Origin: Steroidobacteraceae bacterium
GTDB taxonomy: Bacteria; Pseudomonadota; Gammaproteobacteria; Steroidobacterales; Steroidobacteraceae
DNA length: 64,000 bases
Reading direction: 5' to 3'
NCBI GenBank assembly: GCA_050738795.1
Contig: JBOIAD010000113.1
Location: 131-64,130, forward strand
The first letter of the stretch is position 1; the number at the start of each line of letters is the position of its first letter. The position numbers and the translations under genes were made by a program. Below are positions 51,455 to 60,527 of the stretch, in pieces. The notes under the pieces are model-generated. The model was not told the DNA's origin. It was given only the letters and a program-made list of their open reading frames with translations, and made no database searches.

Positions 51455-52864
51455 ATGGGAGCCAAGCGCGCGCTGATCGTCGACGATTCGAAGTCCGCGC
51501 GCCTGTTTCTCGCGCGGATCCTCGAAAAGTACGAGATCGACGTCGACAGCGCGGAGAATGCCGAATCCGCGATCGAGTATCTGGCCAGCCACCGGCCGGA
51601 TGTGATTTTCATGGACCACCTCATGCCGGGCATGGACGGCTTCCAGGCGGTCCAGGCCATCAAGAACAATCCACTCACCGCGACGATTCCCATCCTGATG
51701 TACACCTCCCAGGAGGGCGAACTGTACTTGGGGCAGGCCCGCGCGCTGGGCGCCGTCGGTGTTCTGCCCAAGCAGATCAAGCCCACCGACGTATCCAAGG
51801 TCCTGTATCAGCTGCACCTGCTGACCGAGCGGCGCAGCTCGTACCAGTCGAGCTTCCGGGCTCTGAACATGCCCTCGCCGGAGGGTGCGTCGGCCGATCA
51901 CAGCGCTGCGAACGACTCGGGTGTGGTACCCAAGGTGCTCACCGAGACGAGCTTGCGAGAGCAGTTCGCCGAGCTGCGCAGGGCTCTCGTCGCGGGTGTG
52001 GACACCCAGACGGACCGCATTACCGCCGAAGTCCGCGCACTGCTGCTCGAGGCGCTGCCTCCGCCCCCGCTGGACGGAATTCCGACACCACCATCGCGTC
52101 CGCTTCCGCAGTGGGGATGGCTTGTTGCCAGTGTCGCGCTCGCGATCGCGCTGGGCAGCACAGCGTTGTGGTGGCAGCAGGTGAAGCAAATGCGGATGTT
52201 GACGGCGGACGTGGCGCAACTCCGTCATGATGTGGTGGAACACGCCGCCTCTGCGGGAATTGCTGCCCCGGGTCCCGCGTCCGGTCGTGCGCCCCTGACT
52301 ATGGGCTCGGCCGGCGGAGCGGATGCAGGGGCCCACTCCGCCGTGCCCGCCGCGTCAGCCGACTTACCCGGGACCGCGGCGGCGCAACCAGCTCCCAGAG
52401 CACTGCCGACGGATACCAGGCCGATGATCGTGCCGGTACCCTATGCCGCGGATGCCCTCGGCGGCCCCCGACTGGAGCTCATTCGCCAGCTCCTGGATCG
52501 GCTGGTCAGGGAAAGCCGCAGCGGCGTCGTGGATATCAAGTCGTTCGCGGGCCGCTTCTGTCTCATGGGCAATGTAACGGATGGGTTTTCCCTTGCACCG
52601 GACGAGAGTCCGTTCGCGAAGTGCGACGTCGTCGGGAATCCGTCGGACGATGCCCTGTCCGCCGCACAACGCATTCCGCTTCCGTTCGCGAATCTCGCCG
52701 GCGCAGTCCGGAATGCTTCGCGCGGGACGCTCGATGTACAGCCCTCGACCGGGGATGCGACCGCAACCGTGGCACCCTATCCACAGGTCGTCCCCGATCT
52801 CACCGCCGGCGCATGGAATCGGGCGGCCGGCGCCAATAACCGGATCGAGATCCGGGTGCGATAA
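51455..52864 (+). CDS. CheY-like receiver-TM helix-periplasmic C-terminal domain protein
   Basis: SD GGAG, then ATG 51455. REC: ALIVDDSKSARLFL...VIFMDHLMPGMDG...PILMYTS...LPKQ. TM helix: WGWLVASVALAIALGSTALWW. The ~190-aa C-terminal domain ends NNRIEIRVR. Confidence 0.85.
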   Translation: MGAKRALIVDDSKSARLFLARILEKYEIDVDSAENAESAIEYLASHRPDVIFMDHLMPGMDGFQAVQAIKNNPLTATIPILMYTSQEGELYLGQARALGAVGVLPKQIKPTDVSKVLYQLHLLTERRSSYQSSFRALNMPSPEGASADHSAANDSGVVPKVLTETSLREQFAELRRALVAGVDTQTDRITAEVRALLLEALPPPPLDGIPTPPSRPLPQWGWLVASVALAIALGSTALWWQQVKQMRMLTADVAQLRHDVVEHAASAGIAAPGPASGRAPLTMGSAGGADAGAHSAVPAASADLPGTAAAQPAPRALPTDTRPMIVPVPYAADALGGPRLELIRQLLDRLVRESRSGVVDIKSFAGRFCLMGNVTDGFSLAPDESPFAKCDVVGNPSDDALSAAQRIPLPFANLAGAVRNASRGTLDVQPSTGDATATVAPYPQVVPDLTAGAWNRAAGANNRIEIRVR

Positions 52865-52931
52865 ATGAGCGGGCGGCAGGCCGCCGCAGGCGGCTTGCCG
52901 CCGATCAACGCAGGACTCATCGCTTCCCACC

Positions 52932-53978
52932 GTGTTGTTTCGACCTGACGAAGAATTCCGTCCCCCGCGCTGGCTGCGCAACCGGCACCTTCAATCGATG
53001 CTGGCCAGCACGGCCGCACGCCGCGGCTCGATCGCGCGGCGCACGGGCGCAGTCGTCGCGGCCGAAAAGGAAATACTGCTGGATTGCGGGGACGGTGTGC
53101 GCCTGCAGTGCTTTCGATCCAGTCCTCCCAACAGCACCGGCAGGCCCGCGGTCATCCTGCACGGCTGGGAGGGCAGCGCGCAGTCGCTGTACATCCTGTC
53201 ACTCGCGCAGCAGCTCTTCGATCGCGGGTTCGAAGTCGTGCGGCTCAATCTGCGCGATCACGGGGAGACTCATCATCTGAATCGGGACCTCTTCCATTCC
53301 TGCCGCCTGTCCGACGTCATTGGCGCGCTCCGGAATCTGCAGCGCGTATTCCCGGGCAGGCCGCTGAGCCTGGCGGGCTTCTCCCTCGGCGGAAACTTCA
53401 TGCTGCGCGCGGCGGCCCAGGCGCACGCAGCGCATTTGAATATTGCGCAGGTCGTGGCTGTCTCGCCGGTCCTGGATCCCGGGGAGACTCTGGTCGCGCT
53501 GGAGCGGTCCTTTCCGGGCTATCAGCTGTATTTCGCGCGCAAATGGATGCGCTCGCTGCTCAAGAAGCAGGCCGTGTGGCCGGGGCACTATGACTTCCGG
53601 GAGCTTGGGCGGATGGCGGACCTGCGCCACATGACCGCGGAGCTGGTGCGCCGCTTCACCGAGTTTCCCAGTCTCGAGGACTACCTGAACGGGTACGCCA
53701 TCACCGGCGGGCGGCTCGCCAGGCTCGAAGTGCCCGTGCGCATCATCACCTCGCTGGACGATCCCATCATCCCGGCGCACAGCCTGCAGCGGCTGGCGCG
53801 CTCTTCCTGTCTGCAGGTTACCGTGACCCGCCATGGCGGGCACTGCGGTTTTCTGGAGCGGCTCGCCGGGCCCAGTTGGGTGGAGCGCAGGATCGTCGCG
53901 GAGTTTGAAGGCGCTGCCGCGGCTGTCGCCGATTTTGAACGCGCCGCCACGGCCGTGGCCCCCGATACCCCGCCATAG
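52932..53978 (+). CDS. Alpha/beta hydrolase (YheT/ABHD-like)
   Basis: GTG start at 52932. VILHGWEGSAQS; nucleophile elbow AGFSLGGN; C-terminal GGHCGF. Confidence 0.85.
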   Translation: MLFRPDEEFRPPRWLRNRHLQSMLASTAARRGSIARRTGAVVAAEKEILLDCGDGVRLQCFRSSPPNSTGRPAVILHGWEGSAQSLYILSLAQQLFDRGFEVVRLNLRDHGETHHLNRDLFHSCRLSDVIGALRNLQRVFPGRPLSLAGFSLGGNFMLRAAAQAHAAHLNIAQVVAVSPVLDPGETLVALERSFPGYQLYFARKWMRSLLKKQAVWPGHYDFRELGRMADLRHMTAELVRRFTEFPSLEDYLNGYAITGGRLARLEVPVRIITSLDDPIIPAHSLQRLARSSCLQVTVTRHGGHCGFLERLAGPSWVERRIVAEFEGAAAAVADFERAATAVAPDTPP

Positions 53979-54007
53979 CCTCATCCGGCGCGGACGCCCG
54001 CGTGTGC

Positions 54008-54421
54008 TCAGCGCTGCTCCGGCTTCGCGGCCGCGGCGCGCTTTTCTTCGAACCTGAGGATCGGCTGGCCGCTGGTCACCGTGACTTCACCGTCTACCAC
54101 CGCGCCCTTGGCGATGGCGATGGTGCGCGCAACGATGTCGGCGTGAATGACCGCGGTGGCGCCCACCTCGAGCTTCTCTTCGACAACCAACTTGCCGCGG
54201 ATGTGTCCGGCGATCACGGCCGCCTGCGCGTGGATCTCGCCTTCCCACTGCGATCGGGCCGCCATGCTCAGCGCGCCGCCCACGCGCCCATCGCCCCGGA
54301 TGACGCCGCACACCACGAGCGGGCCGCCGGTCTCCAGATCTCCGGTGAGGCGGCTCCCCTCCGCAACGAAAGTCGGCGAGCTTCCGAGCTGATCGATCAG
54401 TCTGCGCTTCGGTAGGCTCAT
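54008..54421 (-). CDS. Bactofilin (polymer-forming cytoskeletal protein)
   Basis: Beta-helical repeat pattern: LTGDLETGGPLVVCGVIRGDGRV...IHAQAAVIAGHIRGKLVVEEKLEVGATAVIHADIVARTIAIAKGAVVDGEVTV. Confidence 0.85.
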   Translation of the reverse strand: MSLPKRRLIDQLGSSPTFVAEGSRLTGDLETGGPLVVCGVIRGDGRVGGALSMAARSQWEGEIHAQAAVIAGHIRGKLVVEEKLEVGATAVIHADIVARTIAIAKGAVVDGEVTVTSGQPILRFEEKRAAAAKPEQR

Positions 54422-54603
54422 CGTGACTCCAGTGGCAAGCCAGGCAGGTCGGGTGATCGGCGCCGCAGCTCCCGCGCGGCGAACTGCTGCTCCCGCGAGG
54501 CGCCCGGCAGCTCGTGCCGCGAGCCGCAGGCACGGGCCGCGGAAACCTGATTTCCCGATGGTGGCCTAGAATAGCTGGCGGCCGCAGTGAGAAGGTGCTG
54601 ACG

Positions 54604-55380
54604 ATGATCACAATCCGGGCAGGAAAAGTTGCGATGGGCGTCTGGCTACTGATGCTGGCGGCGGGGTGCAGCCGCGAGCAGCAGGACTGGCGCTCGGCCG
54701 AAGCGGCCGACACCATGGAGAGCTATGGTCAATTCATCGAGCGCCACCCCGAAAGTGAGCTCGCTACACAAGCCCGGCTTCGCGTGACGCAGCTCGGAGA
54801 GGATCAGGACTGGCAGCAGGCCGGAAGTGCGGATACCGCAGAGGCCTACAGGCAGTTTCTCGCCCAGCACCCCAGCGGGAAGTGGGCGCAGGAGGCGCGG
54901 ATTCGCATCGAGAATTTTTCGCTGGGGGCGCAGCCTGAGGGTGCGATTTCTGCTGCACCGGCAGCCCAACCAGCACAACCTCGAACGGGGCCGGATCAAG
55001 GGACGGCACTCATCGCGCCCGGCGACGCCGCGGTGCCCGGTGCCGCCGTGCCCGGAGACGCCGCCGTGCAGCCGCAGCCGGAGCGCACCGCAGCAGCTCG
55101 CGCTTCGACGCCGGTCGCGGGGTCAAGTAGCGTCGCGGGCGCTGCCGTTCAGCTCGGAGCGTTCAGCAGCGAAGCGGGCGCGAACAACGAATGGCGGGTC
55201 CTCACGGGGCGTTTCGGTCCTGAGTTGCAAGGGCTCTCCGCACAGGTCGCCGTGGCGGATACGCCCTCAGGACGCCTTTATCGGCTTCAGGCGCGCGTCG
55301 CTGATGAACCCCATGCGCGCGCGCTCTGCGATGAGCTCAAGAAGCACGCGCAGGGTTGCATCGCGGTGTTGCGGCACTGA
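54604..55380 (+). CDS. SPOR-domain lipoprotein
   Basis: Lipobox: LLMLAAGC. Two DW..A......AY..F...HP repeats. C-terminal SPOR: AVQLGAFSSEAGANNEW...YRLQARVADEPHARALCDEL. ATG 54604. Confidence 0.8.
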   Translation: MITIRAGKVAMGVWLLMLAAGCSREQQDWRSAEAADTMESYGQFIERHPESELATQARLRVTQLGEDQDWQQAGSADTAEAYRQFLAQHPSGKWAQEARIRIENFSLGAQPEGAISAAPAAQPAQPRTGPDQGTALIAPGDAAVPGAAVPGDAAVQPQPERTAAARASTPVAGSSSVAGAAVQLGAFSSEAGANNEWRVLTGRFGPELQGLSAQVAVADTPSGRLYRLQARVADEPHARALCDELKKHAQGCIAVLRH

Positions 55381-55480
55381 CCAACCCCGCGGCGTTCGGT
55401 CCAAAGCTGACAATTCTGGTCACGATGAACGGGTTCTCAGGAGCACGCTAAGCTCTTGTTTTAAATGAGACCGGGGAGCC

Positions 55481-55495
55481 TGGCACAAGGTTTGC
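55481..55495 (+). promoter_or_regulatory. Sigma54 (-24/-12) promoter
   Basis: TGGCACaaggtTTGCT matches the TGGCAC-N5-TTGCW consensus exactly in sequence and spacing. It is the only such match I found on either strand. An AT-rich tract (TTGTTTTAAATGA, 55456-55468) lies just upstream. Confidence 0.7.
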
Positions 55496-55506
55496 TTTAG
55501 CTAGGC

Positions 55507-55593
55507 GGCAAGGCTTGAATCGCGAACAACTTCCCCGGTGTTCGCCTCCTCGGCGCCGCGATGCGACTTCCCCCGCTCGCGGCGCTTTTTTAT
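55507..55593 (+). ncRNA. Candidate sigma54-dependent small RNA (~85 nt), or a terminated leader
   Basis: Predicted TSS is ~12 nt after the -12 GC. Hairpin 1: GCGAACA-ACTTCCCCGG-TGTTCGC (55522-55545). Linker: CCTCCTCG. Hairpin 2 plus U-tract at 55553-55593. No plausible ORF. The next ATG of a real gene is at 55744. Confidence 0.45.
55553..55593 (+). terminator. Rho-independent terminator
   Basis: GCGCCGCGA-(15-nt loop TGCGACTTCCCCCGC)-TCGCGGCGC, followed by TTTTTTAT. Confidence 0.65.
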
Positions 55594-55743
55594 CGCCGGC
55601 GGTGGAGGCCCTTGCAGCGGCCCAGCCCCATACCCATTGTCTGCCGTACCTGGCCGCGGATCCGTACAAAAGTACGCGCACCCCGCTGTCTATCCCTTCC
55701 GGTCAGGGCCCTTATTCCACGTCCCGCCGTTAGACTTCCAGCC

Positions 55744-57081
55744 ATGAACAAGAGCTTCGGATCGCATTTCCTCGCCGCGGGCTCACCGGCTGCGGTTGCC
55801 GTGACGCCGGCACTTGCAGTGCCCGGACGCGAGCTGGTGCGCAGCACGACGCTTGCAAATGGACTGAAGATCATCGTTTGGCCGGTCCACGCGATTCCCA
55901 ACATCGCGCTCTACAACTGGGTTCGCGCTGGCAGCCGCAACGAGGCGCCTGGAATCACCGGCCTGGCGCATTTCTTCGAGCACATGATGTTCAACGGCAC
56001 CACGCGCCGCCAGCCTGGCGAGTTCGATCGGCTCATGGAAGCGCAGGGTGGTGCCAACAACGCCTTCACGAGCGATGACGTAACGGTCTACCAGGACTGG
56101 TTCCCCAGCAATGCGCTCGAGCTCGTGTTCGATCTGGAATCCGATCGTGTCGCCCACCTCGCGTTCGTCCCTGAAGTCATCGAAAGAGAGCGTGGCGTCG
56201 TCTATTCCGAGCGCCGCCTGCACGTGGAAGACAACAACCAGGGTTTGCTGAGTGAGCAGGTTCAGGCCAGCGCATTCGTCGCACACCCGTACCGATTTCC
56301 GACGATCGGCTGGCCGTCCGACATCCAATCGTGGCGTATCGAGGACCTGCAGCGGTTCTTCAGAACCTTCTATGCACCCAACAATCTGACGCTCGTGCTC
56401 GCCGGCGACCTGGTGCCGGAGCCGATGTTCGAGCTCGCGAGCAGGTACTTCGAAGCCATCCCGCGACAGCAGCCGCCAGATGACGTCCGCACGCGCGAGC
56501 CGGAGCAACTCGGTGAGCGCCGTATCGTCCTGCGGCGCAAGGCGCAAACTCCGCTTCTGCAATACGCGTACAAGGCGCCAGCGGCCTCGGACTCGCGCGG
56601 GCCGGCGGTGAGCCTCCTGTTATCGATCCTCGTCGACGGCGATTCGTCGCGTCTGCACCGCAGGCTGGTGGAGGAGCGGCAGGTCGCGATCGAGGTCAGC
56701 GGCCATTGGCAGGAGGGCTTCGATCCCGGGCTGCTGTGGTTGTATCTGACACTGCCTGAAGGGTCGAATCCCGATGCAGTGCAGCCAGTGATCGATGACG
56801 AGCTGCAGAGCGTGGCGGCGCGCGGTGTGACGGACGCCGAGCTGGTGCGGGCAAAGAACATTGCCGCGGCCGGTTTCTGGAAGAAGCTCGCCACCCTGGA
56901 CGGCAAGGCGCAGTTGCTCGGCGAGTACGAAGTGTTTCACGGCGACTGGCGCAGGCTCTTCGATGCACCCGCGCAATTCGACAAGGTGACGCGGTCGCAG
57001 GTGCAGGCGATGGCGCGCGAAATTCTCGATGTACGCCGGCGCACGACCGGCGTGCTGATTCCCGAGGACGAGAAGGCGTGA
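55744..57081 (+). CDS. M16 family (pitrilysin-like) zinc peptidase, catalytic subunit
   Basis: ATG 55744. Signal peptide. Inverted zincin motif: HFFEHMMFNGT. Also GGANNAFTSDDVTVY. The track ORF is over-extended to 55561. Confidence 0.9.
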   Translation: MNKSFGSHFLAAGSPAAVAVTPALAVPGRELVRSTTLANGLKIIVWPVHAIPNIALYNWVRAGSRNEAPGITGLAHFFEHMMFNGTTRRQPGEFDRLMEAQGGANNAFTSDDVTVYQDWFPSNALELVFDLESDRVAHLAFVPEVIERERGVVYSERRLHVEDNNQGLLSEQVQASAFVAHPYRFPTIGWPSDIQSWRIEDLQRFFRTFYAPNNLTLVLAGDLVPEPMFELASRYFEAIPRQQPPDDVRTREPEQLGERRIVLRRKAQTPLLQYAYKAPAASDSRGPAVSLLLSILVDGDSSRLHRRLVEERQVAIEVSGHWQEGFDPGLLWLYLTLPEGSNPDAVQPVIDDELQSVAARGVTDAELVRAKNIAAAGFWKKLATLDGKAQLLGEYEVFHGDWRRLFDAPAQFDKVTRSQVQAMAREILDVRRRTTGVLIPEDEKA

Positions 57082-58487
57082 GCACCGCGCGCGGTGCGGG
57101 CGTGAGGGTTCCGGTCCATGAGCGCATCGTGCTCGGGAACGGGCTGACTCTCATCGTCATGCCGCGCGACGATGTCCCATTGATTGCGTTCAACGCCGTT
57201 CTGCGGGGCGGCGAGTCCGCCAGTGCCGCGGACAAATCCGGCGTCGCATCCCTCGTCGCGGGGCTGCTGGAGAAAGGCGCCGGCGCACGGGATGCGTTTG
57301 CTTTTGTCGACGCGGTCGAAGGTGTGGGCGGCACCTTCAATGCGCGCGCGGGCCCCGAGTCGATCACGCTCGGTGGACAGTTCCTGGCGCGCGATCAGCA
57401 CCTGATGCTCGAGCTGCTGGCGGATGCGCTCCTGCGGCCGCGGTTCGCGATCGAGGAGTTTGCAAGCCTGCGGGCACGCCAGATCGAGCTGATCAAGGCC
57501 GCGAAGGATTCCGACCCGTCCGGGCTGCTGGGCACCTATGGCCGCGCATTCCTGTTCCGCGGTCATCCCTACGGCCGCCCGGTCATTGGCAGCGAAACGT
57601 CCCTGGCCAAGGTCACTCACGCCGACGTCCTGGAATATCACCATGCATGCTTCGGTGCCGACCAGCTCACCCTCGTGGTGGCCGGCGACATCGATCCCGA
57701 CTGGCTCAAGCGAGCGGTGTACCGGGCGTTTGCCGAATGGCCGGCTGCGGCGCGGCCCGCGCCGCGGCTGCAGCAACCGGCGCGGGCGCGACAGCGGCGG
57801 GTGTTGCTGGTCGATTCGCCCGGCTCGGCCCAGACGCACTTCTGGATCGGCAACGTCGGTGTGGACCGGCACTATTCCGAGCGCGCCGCGCTCGATCTGG
57901 CCAACACACTCTACGGCGGGCGCTTCACGTCCATGCTCAACACCGAGCTGCGCGTGAAGTCCGGGCTCTCGTATGGCGCGCGTTCCGGATTTACACGTGG
58001 CAGCGTGGCTGGAGAATTCGCGATGCGCTCGTTCGCGCAGACCCGGGATGCCGGCAAAGCGCTCGATCTTGCGCTGCAGACCCTCGAGCGGCTGAAGCGC
58101 ACCGTCGTGAGCAGCGAGATGTTGGATTCGGCGCGCGCCTACGTACTGGGCCAGTACCCGCTCGGCTTCGAGACGGCCGCGGACTGGGCCGCCGCTCTGG
58201 GCGAGCTCGAGTTGTACGGCCTGGGTGCCGGATACATCGAGGACTACGGCTCGCAGCTCCAGGACGTGACGCTGGCACAGGTCCACGCCGTCATCGAGAA
58301 GGCTTTTCCATCGCCCGAGGCAGTGGCCGTCGTTCTGATCGGTGATGCCGCTCATCTGCGCGCGCAGGTCGGCGGATATGGGCCCGTCACGCACATGCCG
58401 CTCACGCAGCCGGACTTCGATGCCGGGTTCAACCGCTTGCCTTCGCGGGCCGCCGTCCCCACGTCAACGGCAAATTCGAGGCTGTAA
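57078..58487 (+). CDS. M16 family peptidase, non-catalytic partner subunit
   Basis: Start overlaps the upstream stop. M16 fold similarity but no HxxEH motif. Confidence 0.85.
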   Translation: MSTARGAGVRVPVHERIVLGNGLTLIVMPRDDVPLIAFNAVLRGGESASAADKSGVASLVAGLLEKGAGARDAFAFVDAVEGVGGTFNARAGPESITLGGQFLARDQHLMLELLADALLRPRFAIEEFASLRARQIELIKAAKDSDPSGLLGTYGRAFLFRGHPYGRPVIGSETSLAKVTHADVLEYHHACFGADQLTLVVAGDIDPDWLKRAVYRAFAEWPAAARPAPRLQQPARARQRRVLLVDSPGSAQTHFWIGNVGVDRHYSERAALDLANTLYGGRFTSMLNTELRVKSGLSYGARSGFTRGSVAGEFAMRSFAQTRDAGKALDLALQTLERLKRTVVSSEMLDSARAYVLGQYPLGFETAADWAAALGELELYGLGAGYIEDYGSQLQDVTLAQVHAVIEKAFPSPEAVAVVLIGDAAHLRAQVGGYGPVTHMPLTQPDFDAGFNRLPSRAAVPTSTANSRL

Positions 58488-58493
58488 CGACGC

Positions 58494-59498
58494 ATGGAAT
58501 ACCGTGACTATTACCAGATGCTCGGAGTGGGCCGCACCGCGGCCGCGGATGAGATCAAGAAGGCCTACCGGCGCCTGGCCCGCAAGTTCCACCCCGACGT
58601 CAGCAAGGAGGCCAATGCGGAGCAGAAGTTCAAGGAGGTCCAGGAGGCCTACGAGGTTCTGAAGGATCCCGAGAAGCGCGCCGCGTACGATCAGCTCGGG
58701 AGCGACTGGAAGTCCGGCCAGCAGTTCCGGCCGCCGCCGGATTGGGGCAGCGGGTTCGAGTTCCGTGGCGGCCCGCGTGCGCGGCAAGGCGGAGCGCGGC
58801 GCGGCGGGGCGCGGCAGGAAGAGGCCTTCGAGGATGCGGAAGGCTACAGCGATTTCTTCTCCTCGCTGTTCGGCGCCCGCGGGTTCGGCGGTGTTGGCGG
58901 GGAAAATCCCTTCTCCTCTTCGGGCGGCCGGCGGGCTGCCCGCGACCATCACGCGCGCGTCGATATCGACCTCGAAGAGGCTTATGCCGGCACAACGCGC
59001 ACGCTCGAGCTGAAGCGCCCCGAGCTGAAGCCGGATGGCACCCTCGATCTGAAGACGCATACCGTGCGTGTCACGATCCCCGCAGGTGTCACGGAGGGCC
59101 AGCTGATCCGTCTCGCCGGTCAGGGGGAGCAGGCATCCGGTGGTGGCCGTCCAGGCGACCTGTACCTCGAAGTCCGCATCAAGCCGCACACGGTGTTCCA
59201 ACTTGACGGGCGAAACGTGACGCTGACGTTGCCGATCGCGCCTTGGGAGGCTGCCCTCGGTGCGGCGGTGACGGTGCCGACGCCGGGAGGCCCGGTCGAG
59301 ATGCACATTCCCGCCGGCTCGCAGTCGGGTCAGAAGCTGCGTTTGCGGGGACGGGGACTTCCCGGCCAGCCCGCGGGTGATGAGTACATCCAACTCAAGA
59401 TCGTCGTCCCGCCCGCCAACTCGCCCGAGGCTCGCGCGTTGTACGAGCAGATGAGCGAGAAGATGGCTTTCGACCCGCGCGCCGATCTCGGGAGGTGA
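58494..59498 (+). CDS. cbpA: Curved DNA-binding protein / DnaJ-class co-chaperone
   Basis: J domain: [32 protein letters not shown]. Gly/Phe-rich linker. DnaJ C-terminal domains without the zinc-finger module. Confidence 0.9.
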   Translation: MEYRDYYQMLGVGRTAAADEIKKAYRRLARKFHPDVSKEANAEQKFKEVQEAYEVLKDPEKRAAYDQLGSDWKSGQQFRPPPDWGSGFEFRGGPRARQGGARRGGARQEEAFEDAEGYSDFFSSLFGARGFGGVGGENPFSSSGGRRAARDHHARVDIDLEEAYAGTTRTLELKRPELKPDGTLDLKTHTVRVTIPAGVTEGQLIRLAGQGEQASGGGRPGDLYLEVRIKPHTVFQLDGRNVTLTLPIAPWEAALGAAVTVPTPGGPVEMHIPAGSQSGQKLRLRGRGLPGQPAGDEYIQLKIVVPPANSPEARALYEQMSEKMAFDPRADLGR

Positions 59499-59827
59499 CA
59501 GTCATGCCGGACCGGAACACAGCGCCGGACGCGCACCTGCTCGGCGAGAGCGACTGGATCGCCGCCGCCGACGCGTGCCGGCTGTGTCTAATCGACCTGA
59601 CGGCCATCGTGGAGCTGGTCGATCTCGGGGTGGTGGCTTCCCGCGGCCCGGCACCTCAAGAATGGCAGTTGCCCGCGGCGGCGCTGCCGCGGCTGCGCAT
59701 CGCCGGCAGACTGATGCGCGATCTGGGCGTAAACGTGACTGGCGCGGCGCTTGCGGTCGAGTTGCTGGAGGCGCAACGCGAGCTGGAACGGCGGATTCGC
59801 AGCCTGGAGCGCCTCGTGCATCGGTGA
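59495..59827 (+). CDS. cbpM: Chaperone-modulator protein CbpM (MerR-like)
   Basis: Start overlaps the cbpA stop. 110 aa, with the typical ...LVELGVV......RL.R..RL..DL..N..G.ALAL.LL pattern. Confidence 0.85.
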   Translation: MTVMPDRNTAPDAHLLGESDWIAAADACRLCLIDLTAIVELVDLGVVASRGPAPQEWQLPAAALPRLRIAGRLMRDLGVNVTGAALAVELLEAQRELERRIRSLERLVHR

Positions 59828-59872
59828 TTCATGCGTGCCCGAGCGGGAGTGCTCAACCAGGAAACGCGCGGC

Positions 59873-60523
59873 TCATTGCCCGAAGCTCTGTGGATTGCCC
59901 TTCAGGTAAGCCTCTTCCTCCGGCGTGTTGCTGCGCCCGAGGAGATGATTACGGTGCGGAAAGCGGCCGAATTGACGGATGAGCTCGCGGTGCTCCTGTG
60001 CGGATTCCAGCGCGTTCTCCATGGTGGCGCGTAGCTCGGCCGGCGTCTCCGTGACCAGCCGCTTGTAAGCGGCAACCGACTCGTCCTGGACTTCCAGCGA
60101 TTCAGCGTGCTGCAGTGGAAGGTAGAAGACAATCCGCTCCACCACGTTGAGTGCGCCGTCGGCAGCGGATTGCATCCCGGACAATGCAAGCCCCAACGCC
60201 TGCTCGTCATACGCAAAGGCGCGCGCCGTGCCCCGATAGATCTGGCGAGGGAATTGATCGAGCAGAATGATCAGGCTCAGCCGGCGGCGGGGGCTGTCGG
60301 CCCAGCCGTCGAGAACCCCGCGCGCCGCGCGCTCGACCAGGTCCAGGAATTCGGACCGGATCAACTCGTCGCGCTGCCGCACCAGTTGCGGATCGGACTC
60401 GAACCACAGGCTCGCGCGCCGCCGCAGCGACTGCGCCCGGGAGGCCGGGTCGCCCTGGCTGGGCAACGAGCCCGTCCAGGGCTTGCCGAACCAGAACTCA
60501 CGCACTTTGAGAGCTTCGTCCAT
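59873..60523 (-). CDS. DUF924 family protein
   Basis: ATG 60523 (MDEALKVREFWFG). RLSLIILLDQFPRQIYRGTARAFAYD; FGRFPHRNHLLGRSNTPEE. The track ORF is over-extended to 60775. Confidence 0.85.
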   Translation of the reverse strand: MDEALKVREFWFGKPWTGSLPSQGDPASRAQSLRRRASLWFESDPQLVRQRDELIRSEFLDLVERAARGVLDGWADSPRRRLSLIILLDQFPRQIYRGTARAFAYDEQALGLALSGMQSAADGALNVVERIVFYLPLQHAESLEVQDESVAAYKRLVTETPAELRATMENALESAQEHRELIRQFGRFPHRNHLLGRSNTPEEEAYLKGNPQSFGQ

Positions 60524-60527
60524 GCCG

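Noticed and set aside
51122-52336. 404-aa minus-strand ORF opposite the REC-TM protein gene
   Set aside because: It is an antisense shadow. The plus-strand frame has a canonical receiver domain preceded by an SD sequence.
54540-54575. TAGAAT (about 54566-54571) as the -10 of the SPOR lipoprotein promoter
   Set aside because: No acceptable -35 hexamer lies at 16-18 nt spacing. It is too weak to report as a feature.
56937-58394. 485-aa minus-strand ORF opposite the second M16 peptidase gene
   Set aside because: It is an antisense shadow of a gene that is translationally coupled to its M16 partner.
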